From NCBI RefSeq assembly GCF_964213995.1, contig NW_027590123.1, positions 1,612,001 through 1,676,000 of the forward strand: a DNA stretch of 64,000 nucleotides. The letters are read 5' to 3'. Below, in pieces: positions 24,302 through 34,910 of this stretch (position 1 is the stretch's first letter; each line of letters opens with the position of its first letter). A program made the position numbers and the translations under genes. The notes below the pieces were generated by a model. It worked only from the letters and a program-made list of their open reading frames with translations, had not been told where the DNA came from and searched no databases. This stretch comes from Mustelus asterias (Eukaryota).

Positions 24302-25914
24302 AGTCTGGACGCGCAATTATAAACGGCAGCATCAGTCAGGCTCAGATCAAATATACTTAAACTCATGAATTTGTACGAGGTCTGGAGATAGACGTAGAGT
24401 CATAAAGTCATAGAGGTTAACAGCATGGATCCAGGCCCTTCGGCCCAACTTGTCCATGCCGCCCTTTTTTTAAAAAATCCAAAGCTAGTCCCAATCGCCC
24501 GCATTTGACCCATATCCCTCTATACCCATCTTACCCATGTAACTGTCGAAATGCTTTTTAAAAGACAAAATTGTACCCGTTTCTACCACTACCTCTGGCA
24601 GCTTGTTCCAGACACTCACTATCCTCTGTGTGAAAAAAACTGCCCCTCTGGACACTCTTGCATCTCTCCCCTCTCACCTTAAACCGATGCCCTCTAGTTT
24701 TAGACTCCCCTACCTTTGGGAAAATATATTGACTGTTTAGATGATCCATGCCCCTCATTATTTTATAGACCTCTATAAGATCACCCCTCAACCTTCTACG
24801 CTCCGGAGCAAAATTTCCCAGTCTATCCAGCCTCTCCTTATAACTCAAACCATCAAGTCTCGGTAGCATCCTAGTAAATCTTTCCTGCACTCTTTCTAGT
24901 TTAATAATGTCCTTTCTATAATAGGGTGAACAGAACTGTACACAGTATTCCAAGTGTAGCCTTACCAATGTCTTGCACAACTTCAACAAGACGTCCCAAC
25001 CCCTGTATTCAATGTTCTGAGCAATGAAACCAAGCACGCTGAATGTCTTCTTCACCACTCTGTCCACCTGTGGCTCCACTTTCATGGAGCTATGAACCTG
25101 TACCTCTAGATCTCTTTGCTCTGTAACTCTTCTCAATGACCTACCATTAACTGAGTAAGTCCTGCCCTAGTTCAATTTACCAAAATGCACAACCTCGCAT
25201 TTATCTAAATTAAACTCCATCTGCCATTCGTGAGCCCGTTGGCCCAATTTATCAAGATCCCGTTGCAATCCGAGATAACCTTCTTCACTGTCCACTATGC
25301 CACCAATCTTCGTGTCAACTGCAAACTTCCTCAACATGCCTCCTTTTTTCTCACCCAAATCATTAATATAAATGACAAATAACAGTGGGCCCAGCACTGA
25401 TCCCTGAGGCTCACCGCTGGTCACAGGCCTCCAGTTTAAAAAACAACCCTCTACAACCGCCCTGTGGCTTCTGTCATCAAGCCAATTTTGTATCCATTTT
25501 TAGCTACCTCCTACATAGCGACATTAGCTACATAGAACCGACTTTTAAAAACATCTGCTTTATTTTCATAACTATCAGTATCTTTCCGCACGATAAAAAA
25601 GGGCTGCGTGTCTGGATGTTGTCGGTACCAGTACAGCCTATAGTCGCTCTCTGCTCCTTAAAAGTGTAGTCACAGGTGGACAGAGTGGTGAAGAAGACAT
25701 TCAGCGTGCTTGGTTTCATTGCTACAGGTGAAAGTCACGATCTCGCCTTCTCTCTTCACATCTGATGTGAGCGGCTGGGTGACAGAATCTCCATGTCTCA
25801 AATATGGAAATAACAACACAGAAAATGGTCAGAAGGGCGTATGATTAATTTGTGGTCTGGAACCAAGCTTGGGAAACGTGTGAAACAGTGCAATGTTTTT
25901 TGCACGTAATTACC
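24302..25914 (-). pseudogene. TCR alpha/delta-type V segment pseudogene (V3) in three pieces: 25803-25721, ~25654-25529, ~24398-24302; intron 25913-25804
   Basis: Rejoined translation: DLRHGDSVTQPLTSDVKREGEIVTFTCS / AESDYRLYWYRQHPDTQPFFIVRKDTDSYENKADVFKSRFY / VYLQTSYKFMSLSIFDLSLTDAAVYNCASR. Donor G|GTAATT at 25914|25913; acceptor mutated CAG>CAT. Confidence 0.9.
24399..25495 (-). mobile_element. 5'-truncated CR1-clade LINE inserted into the V3 exon
   Basis: RT/C-terminal fragments (PQGSVLGP, FAVDTK, EYCVQF); tail (ctatgactt)n near 24400; approximate duplication TCTA(C/T)GT at the V3 break points. Confidence 0.9.
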
Positions 25915-26521
25915 TGTAGGCGGGCATAAATTTTGTGGGTATTAGGATTAGAATATTTCTTAAACTATAACTCGATAAATGAAGCAAAACAGGACAGCAT
26001 TCAGCCAGAAAGGTGTGAGTAAGGCAAGCAGGCATCTTTTAAACACAGAAACCAGGTTGACAAAGACTCAGGAACTCGCATCAATATGCTATTCAGAAAA
26101 TATCTTGAGACCTGGAAAACTTCCTGACATCCCATCAAACACCCATTGTCCAAAGGAATTCAGAGACATAAAGCAATTGTCACACTCTTAAACCAAACTT
26201 TACATATTAAAACTCTAGACCAGAAAACCCATTAACGGGATAACTATAAAAGAAAACCATTTACACATCAAACTCCACACCCACAAACCTATTGAAACAG
26301 GATGATTATATCAGGAAACCACTCACAAACCATTTACATATCAAAACAGATCGTTACTATAACTATACTCCGTTTTGGCAGGCAGGCAGAGTACTTTGCG
26401 GGACTGTCTTGTCTGTGTCCTGATTGTACCTCCGTCGACGTAAAAAACTATAATAAACTGTGCTGTTATCGATCTTGGCTCTGGGTGCGAGTGGTGTGGT
26501 ATCTGTTCACTCGCGCTAACA
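25915..26521 (+). repeat. 5' LTR (607 bp)
   Basis: Starts TGTAGG, ends CTAACA, AATAAA at 26452-26457; ~10 substitutions versus the 3' LTR (manual count), no indels. Confidence 0.97.
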
Positions 26522-26523
26522 AT

Positions 26524-26541
26524 TGGGGGCTCGTCCGGGAT
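26524..26541 (+). promoter_or_regulatory. Primer-binding site, tRNA-Pro
   Basis: TGGGGGCTCGTCCGGGAT, the 18-nt complement of the tRNA-Pro 3' end, 2 nt after the LTR CA. Confidence 0.95.
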
Positions 26542-26576
26542 CGTGACCGCCGCTGGAACATCGCCTCTCAAACACT

Positions 26577-26584
26577 GGGTGAGT
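26577..26584 (+). promoter_or_regulatory. Probable major splice donor of the provirus
   Basis: GG|GTGAGT shortly after the PBS; pairs with the acceptor at 32469. Confidence 0.6.
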
Positions 26585-27431
26585 ATCTTTACTCATTTAA
26601 AGTCCGCGGGAATTCCCAGTGCCAGCGGTGTTCCACGGCTGCCGCGATCTGAACTTGTGAACAGAGCCCGATCGAGAGCTGCACAGCGGGGTAGGTTCTT
26701 CTTTGGGCGGGTGAGCGGGGTCGCGAATTGTAATTGATTGTGTACTGTTGCATTCCGTGTATCCCTGACAGCGGACCCGACCAGACATTAGCTGACCCAA
26801 AAGGTACCTAAGGAAGACAAGGGTTAAGTGGCCGGGAGGCCGGGAGGACGTCCAGGATTAGGGCCAATGAACGCGGACTCACGAAGTTCGGTTTAAGTCC
26901 GGGCGCTGCAAGTCGGGTAGGACCTCTGCAGGCGCGAAAGTCTGGGCCACTGGAAACAGATCCGCGAGGAGTCTGCTACATGTCCGGGCGCTACTAAGTC
27001 TGGAGCCTCTGTGAGTGCTTCGGGCACTACAAGCAGGAGACCTCTGGTAGCGCGAAAGAACGGCTACACGCCGGGGGAACTCCTACCTGCGGTCAATCCC
27101 ACGCTTGTCCGCACGCAGGTCAGGGTGATTCCCGGGGAGATAGGGAAACGGCGAGCCTCTGTGGATTGATTTAGCGGTAGGATTTGGTCAGGAAAGAGTG
27201 GCCCCCGGCCCCTGTAGTCGTGGTCAGAGCCCCCCCCCCCCCCCCCCCTGTCTCTGTGAGCGGTGATCTCCCCGTTACATGCAGGACGGGCTCTGCGTGT
27301 TACTGCTGAAGGTTTAAAGGTACTGACAGTGGAAACACCAAACCAGGAACCCCAGGGATACCTACACAAGTATCTGTGGGAAGCACCAAACCAGGATTAG
27401 GACACCACTGATCTTAGCTAAGAGATTCGAC

Positions 27432-28847
27432 ATGGATAGCATTGAGACCATTTTTGAATGGGGGCCGGAAGGGTCCCTCACCCGCTATCTAGCAGATAAA
27501 AACAAGAACCTAATTAAAAGCATGATTAAAACAGGGTGGAAACCCCAAGACCCCCTTGAGAGCCAACGGGAATGGTGGGCAACGGAAAAGAGGAACAAGG
27601 ATGATAAGGCTTGGATCCTCATACTGAAGGCACACCTCACCCTAGCAGGGCGAGTCCATAAATACGTTCAGGATAAACAAGAAAAGGCTGAACAGAAAAA
27701 GCATGCTGCTGTGATGGCTATTAACCCCGTGTTGCCGGCACTGACCGACTTCTCCCGTGAAGCCCCATACGAGGAATGTCCCGATTGGGAGTGCTGAATA
27801 GACGAGACAAGTCCTCGGTGCCCAACAGGGGGGAGTCCCCCGGTAACCACCGATCCCCCAAACGCCAAAGCAGCACCTCTTAAGATCGAATGTATCCCAG
27901 GGGGACAAGGGAGAGACGGGCGAGGAAGGCAGGCCCAAATTAAAATGACTTATGTGTCACTCTCGCCAGGGGACACTATGAAATTACTAGAAAAGCTCCC
28001 AACCCTGCAGCCCAGGCACAGTAACGCAATTTTTTGGCAAAAGATGAAAGAGATGCAACTGTGCCACAACTTACACAACCGAGATATAGCAGGGTTAGTA
28101 AGAGCCAAGATGCCCGAGAATCACTGGGCTCGGCTCCGGGCAGAACACCAGAATGGGACTTGGTGTGCAGACCTAGACGGGAGCCGCCGGGAGCAGGAAC
28201 AGGCTCTGAAAGGCTTTAAAAACGATATCATCCTGACCATGGGGGAGGTCCCCGTGAGTTGGAGTGTAATAGTAGGAGTAACGCAGAAAAAGGAGGAAGG
28301 GGCTCAGGAATACGGGCGACGAAAATTCGATGCCTTTGTAGCCCACGGAGGAATGCCAGATGCAGATAGACAGAACCCGGCATTCCTCCAGTTATATAGG
28401 GATGGGCTGAGCCCAGCACACCAAGCTATCCTAAAGACAGGATTGGTAAACTTTAACACCTTCGATGAATTAGAAAACTGGGCTGTCACTGTAGACAACC
28501 AGCAAAGGAAAACACAGGGCGCCAGAGCAGGGATATCAGCGGTAGGAACTGAAGGAGGACATTGCTACAGGTGCGGGGAATTAGGCCATTTCAAAAGGGA
28601 ATGCCGAGCTATAATCCCGCACCCTCCTAATACATGTAATAAGTGCGGCAGAATCGGACACACCGAATCTACCTGCAAAGACAGAAGGATCCCAAGGAGA
28701 AAGGGAGCGCCCCCGAAGAGACTGGAGAAAACCCCGGCAAGCGCCTCAGATATAAGGGAGAACGAGGTGGTTTCGGACCCAGCGCACCTCAGCCACCAGC
28801 AGCTGCTGGACATTATACAAACCTTGGCGGCACAAAAATCTGCATGA
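27432..28847 (+). pseudogene. gag: Retroviral Gag with two CCHC zinc knuckles; one in-frame TGA at 27795-27797
   Basis: ORFs 27432-27797 and 27945-28847 are in the same frame and open between them apart from the single TGA; MHR-like VTQKKEEGAQEYGRR; CYRCGELGHFKREC and CNKCGRIGHTESTC. Confidence 0.9.
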
Positions 28848-31800
28848 GTGGCATCGGCCCCCGCCCCGGGAACGGACCCCCGTATCTGGGTGAATGCATC
28901 GTTATTTATAAATATTAATAGATACGGGGGCTTCGATATCCCTCACCAACATGGCACTACCCACCACCCACCGTTCCATAGTAGTAGTAGGAATAGGGGG
29001 GGATAGGACTATAGCATATCAGAGCGAAGCAGTGTTACTTGAGGTAGAGGGGATCATACTCCCCGTACACTTCTGGGTGGGCCCAAATGAAAAAGGGACA
29101 ATTTTGGGAATAGACCTCCTGGGAGAGTTAGGAGCAGTGGTGGACGCTTTCAATAAGCGCCTGCTGTGGACGGCAAGGAAAGAACACAAGAGCGGGATCC
29201 AAGGATACTGGGTCCCTAATAAGAACGTAGCAGCCATAGGCATGGGGGCTCCGGCTCCGACGGCCCGAGACTGGAAGAAGGAGGGACTCGTGGGACTCTT
29301 ATGTCAAGCACTACCCCGGGTCTGGGCTACAGGCAAGCAAGACTGCGGTCTCGTCACAATCCTTCCTTTACAAATACAAGGACCAGCCCATGCCCCTCAT
29401 AAACAATATCCCATAGAACCCGAGGCGTTACAGGCAACCGAAACAATCGTCCAGGCTTTGGTTAAACGGGGCATCCTGAGACCCACCGTGTCCCACACAA
29501 ATTCCCCGATGTGGCCCGTCCGTAAGCCAGACGGGAACTACCGACTAACCATCGACTATACCGCCCTGAATAAGGTCACCCCAAAGGAACACCCTATCGT
29601 TGCGAGCCCGGCCACTATATTTAACGGACTGCGACCTGAATATTGTATCTTCTCCGTGCTAGACAGAGCAAACGGATTCTGGTCAATTCCACTCCACCCA
29701 GACTCCCAGGAGAAGTTTGCCTTCACCTGTGGAGGTAGACAGTACACCTGGACCCGTCTCCCCCAGGGATTCCACAATAGCCCCAACATATTCCACCGGG
29801 TTATGAGCAAAGCCCTCGAAAATTGTAACTTATCCCCCTATGAGAGCGCTTTTCTCCAATATGTGGATGACATCTTGATCGCCTCCACTAACCCGACGGG
29901 GCATTTGGGAGCCCTGTCAGTAATCCTGCGGGGCTTACAAACAGCAGGATTTAAGGTTAACCCAACCAAAGCACAACTCGCAAAACCAGAGGTCCGATAT
30001 CTGGGGCATTACATAAGTCAGCGAAAGAAAACCCTTCCCACGGACCGAAAAACAGCAATTGCCAACATGACCCGTCCGAACACAGTTAGGGGGGTGCGTA
30101 GGGTAATGGGACTCTTTAATTACTGTCGGAATTTCATCGATCAGTTTGCATCCATAGCAGAACCTATCCAGCGATTGGTAAAAGGGGGGAGGCCGGGGGC
30201 AGAAATCATTGAATGGGGACCCGAACAAGAAACAGCATACTCCCACCTGAAATCAGAATTATTAGCGGCCCCAGCCTTATGCCTGCCCAACATAGCGAAA
30301 CCGTTCCATCTTTTTTATAATGCGGAGGACGGATTCTATAGCTCCGTTGTGACTCAAGAAAGTGGGGGCACCATGAGACCTGTAGCATATTATTCGGTGC
30401 GGCAGTCCCCGATAGCCAAAGGACTACACAAATGTGTGGCAGCCCTGGACTGTGCCGCATGGGCAGTCAGGGTGTGCGAACCCATTACTATGTTAGGACA
30501 GATCATCCTGCACACAAAACATACAATAGTAGAATTATTAAACACAGGTCGACTCCGAACTGTTTCAGATGCTCGAAGGGCAACTTGGGAAGCAGTGCTC
30601 CTTCCTCAGGACCAATCTATTAAAATCGTACGAGATACCGGAAGAAACCCAGCAGAGGGGTTCCTTCCAGACGGCAGTCCACATCACTGTCCGATTAACC
30701 CAGACATGGATACAGAGGATGGGATTAGTGATCAGCCACTGGAGAACCCCGATATAATACTATACGTAGACGGGTCCCGAAGGCAGGTGGAGGGACAGTA
30801 CCGCACAGGATGGGCAGTGGTAGATCAGGAAGGAACACTAATAGCAAAGGGCACCATGGGGGGGGAGACCTCTGCTCAAGTGGCCGAGCTTATAGCATTA
30901 ACAAAGGCCCTTAGCGTAGGAAGGGACAAAAGGGTAAACATATACACGGACAGTCAATATGCGTTCGGGGTGGTTCACGACTATATGATAGCATGGAATA
31001 GGCGCGGATTCATTACCGCAGCGGGGGGACACATAAAACATGAAAATATAATTCGAGACCTGGCCACAGCATCCAGACTACCCTCAGAAGCAGCCGTAAT
31101 TAAAATAAAAGCCCATCAAAAGACAAGGACTGTAGAGCAGAAGGGGAACCAACTAGCAGATGCCGCTGCTAAAGCTGCAGCAGGGGAAGCCCTCCCACAG
31201 GTAGCTGCCATCATCTCTTCCCCCATGGAAGAGATGGATGTTCATAAACTACAGGGTAGCGCTGACCCAGACGAGGTGGCGCGGTGGAAACAGACCGGGG
31301 CGTCCTTAGACGAAGATGGTATATGGAGGAAAGGACATCAAGTAGTCGCCCCCTCATTCATACAGGCGGAACTACTTCGACTCCACCACGAACCAAACCA
31401 CTCCGGACGGGATGGGACCCTAGCTCGTTTATCAGGAGATTGGTGGTGGCCAGGGATGGGGCGGGATGTAGCTAAGCACTGCCAAAGATGCATCATATGC
31501 GCACAGCATAACCCTGGCCGGCCCCTGAATGTTAAACTAGCAAACCAACCCAGACCAAAGGGACCTTGGGAAAACCTCCAAATTGACTTCATCGGCCCTC
31601 TACCCACCAGTCGTGGAAAGAAGTACTGCCTGGTCCTCATTGACCAGTTCACCCGATGGGTAGAAGCCTTCCCAACCCGGGATTGCGGGGCAACCACTGT
31701 AGCCCACATCTTAGCATATGAGATAATACCCAGATGGGGAGTCCCGTTACAACTGGACTCCGACCAGGGGACACACTTCACAGGCAAGGTAATGAAACAT

Positions 31801-32451
31801 GCATGTAAAACCTTAGGGATCCGACAGCGGTTCCATATACCATACCACCCCCAGAGTGCTGGAATGGTAGAGAGAATGAATCGCACCCTCAAGAACACGA
31901 TAGCAAAAACTATCGCAGAAACAGGTCAGGGGTGGGTAGATGTCCTTCCCTGTATCCTGATGCGCCTACGGGCCACCCCAGGTCGAACCATAGGGCTCAC
32001 CCCGTTCGAACTAATGACCGGGAGAGCAATGCGACTCCCCGAAAACATCGCCGTGGGAGGGGAAGAAATGACACCCCTCCGGGACAAGCTCAAACGATAT
32101 GTGCAACACTTAGATTCACAACTCCGAGACCTGCACCACACAGCCAGGGACCAGCAAGCCATTAGAGACCAGGCTAAAAAGGAAAATGTCAGTCATACCC
32201 CCACCCTCCCTCGAGTAGGGGATAGGGTTTTGATTCGGATTGCCCCAGACCGACCCGGGTTTGCACCGAAATGGATGGGACCCCACGAGGTTATCCTTAC
32301 CAGCGATACATGTGCGTGTGTCGATGTGAAAGGAAAAGGCCGATGGAAACATTGGTCGCAATTAAAATCCTATCACCACGGGGAAAGAGGACAGAGCAGA
32401 CTGACTGAAAGGACAGAGGATGCTCCGTCCACTCCACGTATTGGCCCTTAA
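28848..32451 (+). CDS. pol: Retroviral Pro-Pol (aspartic protease, RT, tether, RNase H, integrase); frame disruption at ~28905-28911 just before the protease active site
   Basis: ILIDTGA (DTG at 28921); WTRLPQGFHNSP, YVDD; tether RPVAYYS; RNase H YVDGS/SAQVAEL/YTDSQY/GNQLAD; IN H-H-CxxC, QIDF/SDQG/VER, WMGPHEV; open for ~1180 codons from 28912. Confidence 0.93.
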
Positions 32452-32469
32452 CCATCTTTGTCCTTACAG
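32452..32469 (+). promoter_or_regulatory. Probable env splice acceptor
   Basis: ccatctttgtccttacAG directly after the pol stop. Confidence 0.65.
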
Positions 32470-32592
32470 CGGAAATCGAAATAACAACCTTTATTTTCCA
32501 ACACTAAAGGAACTATATGCCAACCGAGGCATGAATGTATATATGTAGATAGAAATAAGAATAAGATAAGTAAGACAAGTTCATCACCTAAT

Positions 32593-34761
32593 ATGAACCT
32601 AACGACTGGCGGCCACCAGGTTTTATATATCCTCCCCCAACCCCTCTCCAGAACCATGTGGACCACTTGGAGAATGATCCTCGCGGCGACCTTCCTGACG
32701 AGTGTGGCACCCGAAGAACACCCCATCTACCCGCGATTCCACGGGGTAGCCTTCAACACATCCGAGGCACTATGTGTGCCAGCTGGACCGGACCCTATGA
32801 ACAGTAGAACTTATCTTAACGCATGGCTACAAGTTTACCCGGGTATCAACGAGATCTGCTTCACTTGCACTTTAGAAGGACTCCGAACATGCATTCAACA
32901 GCGGGACCTCCAGAACAGAGACCAGTGCGTTTTTGGGACTCTCTGCGCCCTCCCCGACAACCCACAAGAGGCCCGACCACAGGACACTTTGAATTCAAAC
33001 ATGGACATTTGCGGCTATTACGGACTTGTTGAGGCTCCCGCAGTCTCATTGTATGTATGTTTTGCACCGCTTCCAACGCGGGCCCCCACGACCACAAGGC
33101 CCGAAATCTTACCCTGTCCCTTGCAAAGCAGGGGACCGGAGGGAGGACTGGTGTTGTGGAACGAGGGGGAAATTGTGTACGACAACGTAAAACATGAGGT
33201 GGTACCTGTCCTGATCGACATTTCAGGAATCCAGGTACCCAGGCATTGCTCAGAACAGGTACAGAACTTGTATCAGATGTTAGAGAGAGAGACCATAAAA
33301 CGGGCCATTGACGCAATGGGGGCCACACACTACAGGGGAAACATAAACACCAACACATACCGAAGCAAACGGGGTATTATCAATGATATGCTCACAGGGC
33401 TGAATACAGGAGACACAATGATTAACTCCATTGACATCCAGGGCCTCAACAGTAAAATTGAACAGCTGAAAGGGGTAATGAAAAACATATTACAGCGGTC
33501 ATTAGACCAGCAGGCGGAACAAGCATTCTTAGGGGAAGCGGGCGCCCATATCCAACTAGATGGGATTGCAGTGTTAGAAGCACATGCCCGAACTATCAAT
33601 CGCCTCATAGACAGGGAAAGGGAAGACACTGCCCGGGTACAACAGGGACAGTTATGCCATGCATATGGTCAGTGGATGGTGGCACAAGTACGACACAATT
33701 TGGACCAGGTACACAGGGGGGAAGTGCCCGATTGGATCGACAGCGCCCAACTAGCGCAACTCGCAGATCAGAAGGGGGTGCTGGATGACCGGACCCTGAA
33801 GGGGATGACACGAGTATATCCAGTAATCCCCGACTGCGAGGTTAGTGAGGGCACCGGGATAGGAATGGTTCTGCTAATTCCAACGGTCACACAGGACGCT
33901 GGACCATTCCCCATCTTCCGAATTGAAAATATTGGTGTTGTTAGGGGCAATGCTTCCCTCCGCTACCACATAACCGAAAACATGGCCATCTCCAAACATG
34001 GCATAATGTCCAGTGTTTCTCTCGCAGGGTGCAAGCAGAGGGGAGAGGTCACCATCTGTCCTCACCCACTGAGACAAGGAGAGGCAGCAGAATGTGGGTT
34101 TAACCGAACACAGGACTGCACCTTAGAGATTATACCCGTAGACCCACATTTCGCCCGGGCAGGATACGGGGGGCGGGGTAGATACTGTGTAGCCACCACA
34201 CGTACATCATTCACATATAACGGATTAACATGCCCAATCCCCGACCCTAACTTCTGTTTTACCCCTCGCAAGCCAGTCACTATAGGTCAAGCTCACATCA
34301 CCAATATCCGAAATAGGCAGACCATAGCCTTTAATGCCACAGACCCCCTAAAAGACAACCTAAGAGACTACCAAGAACCCGAGCAAGCCCCCATCCCACA
34401 CCTGACCGAAGTCCTAAGGGAGCTCCGACTTAAAGTAGGACACTCCGTCCGATTATACCACCGGTTACAGTCACACATCAAAACCTTGGAACAAGATACC
34501 GAGACGGCGTTACGAAGTCAAACATGGGTACAGAAGGTGTGGGACTGGGGTCTAAATGTAAACATCCACCCCTGGGTCCGAATTACATCGCACACACTGG
34601 TGGTCATCCAACTCATCTTAGCCCTTTCCTGGGGATTGGTTACATGTTATACCTACCGCCAGCGGAAGAGAATGAAAGCACATAAGAACTTAGTTAGAAC
34701 AATTGATATGATGGGGCAGGTAGCCAAGCGGGATGATTACTCCCGCCTACACATGATTTGA
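32593..34761 (+). CDS. env: Envelope glycoprotein, intact ORF, F-protein-like architecture (likely start 32656, MWTTW...)
   Basis: Signal-like MWTTWRMILAATFLTSVA; furin site RSKR (33361-33372); 462-aa post-cleavage subunit with heptad region and Cys-rich domain; TM helix TLVVIQLILALSWGLVTCY; tail with YSRL. Confidence 0.92.
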   Translation: MNLTTGGHQVLYILPQPLSRTMWTTWRMILAATFLTSVAPEEHPIYPRFHGVAFNTSEALCVPAGPDPMNSRTYLNAWLQVYPGINEICFTCTLEGLRTCIQQRDLQNRDQCVFGTLCALPDNPQEARPQDTLNSNMDICGYYGLVEAPAVSLYVCFAPLPTRAPTTTRPEILPCPLQSRGPEGGLVLWNEGEIVYDNVKHEVVPVLIDISGIQVPRHCSEQVQNLYQMLERETIKRAIDAMGATHYRGNINTNTYRSKRGIINDMLTGLNTGDTMINSIDIQGLNSKIEQLKGVMKNILQRSLDQQAEQAFLGEAGAHIQLDGIAVLEAHARTINRLIDREREDTARVQQGQLCHAYGQWMVAQVRHNLDQVHRGEVPDWIDSAQLAQLADQKGVLDDRTLKGMTRVYPVIPDCEVSEGTGIGMVLLIPTVTQDAGPFPIFRIENIGVVRGNASLRYHITENMAISKHGIMSSVSLAGCKQRGEVTICPHPLRQGEAAECGFNRTQDCTLEIIPVDPHFARAGYGGRGRYCVATTRTSFTYNGLTCPIPDPNFCFTPRKPVTIGQAHITNIRNRQTIAFNATDPLKDNLRDYQEPEQAPIPHLTEVLRELRLKVGHSVRLYHRLQSHIKTLEQDTETALRSQTWVQKVWDWGLNVNIHPWVRITSHTLVVIQLILALSWGLVTCYTYRQRKRMKAHKNLVRTIDMMGQVAKRDDYSRLHMI

Positions 34762-34901
34762 CAAACTCCGGGACTCCCCTAAACTGTACGACTGCATCGT
34801 ACGGAGGCAGGAAGCACCGGACACAAAATATAATAAAGGGGAGAAAGATCGGTTAGAAAAGTGAAAAGGAAATAAACAACAAAAATTCACTTTTGACCGA
34901 C

Positions 34902-34910
34902 AGGGGGGAC
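34902..34910 (+). promoter_or_regulatory. Polypurine tract
   Basis: AGGGGGGAC abutting the 3' LTR TG. Confidence 0.85.

Noticed and set aside
25845-25880. J-segment-like string (..TCTGGAACCAAGCTT, SGTKL)
   Set aside because: No FGxG in frame and no upstream 12-RSS; it lies within the V3 intron on the opposite strand.
25979-26652. ORFs inside the LTRs (also 34975-35531) as accessory genes
   Set aside because: Short, with no recognisable motifs; they recur only because the LTR is duplicated.
28951-34761. Classification of the provirus as an errantivirus/Gypsy element because of its F-like env
   Set aside because: Pol has both a degenerate tether and a second full RNase H, plus retroviral RT/IN motifs and a PBS-Pro, which fits Retroviridae-like elements.
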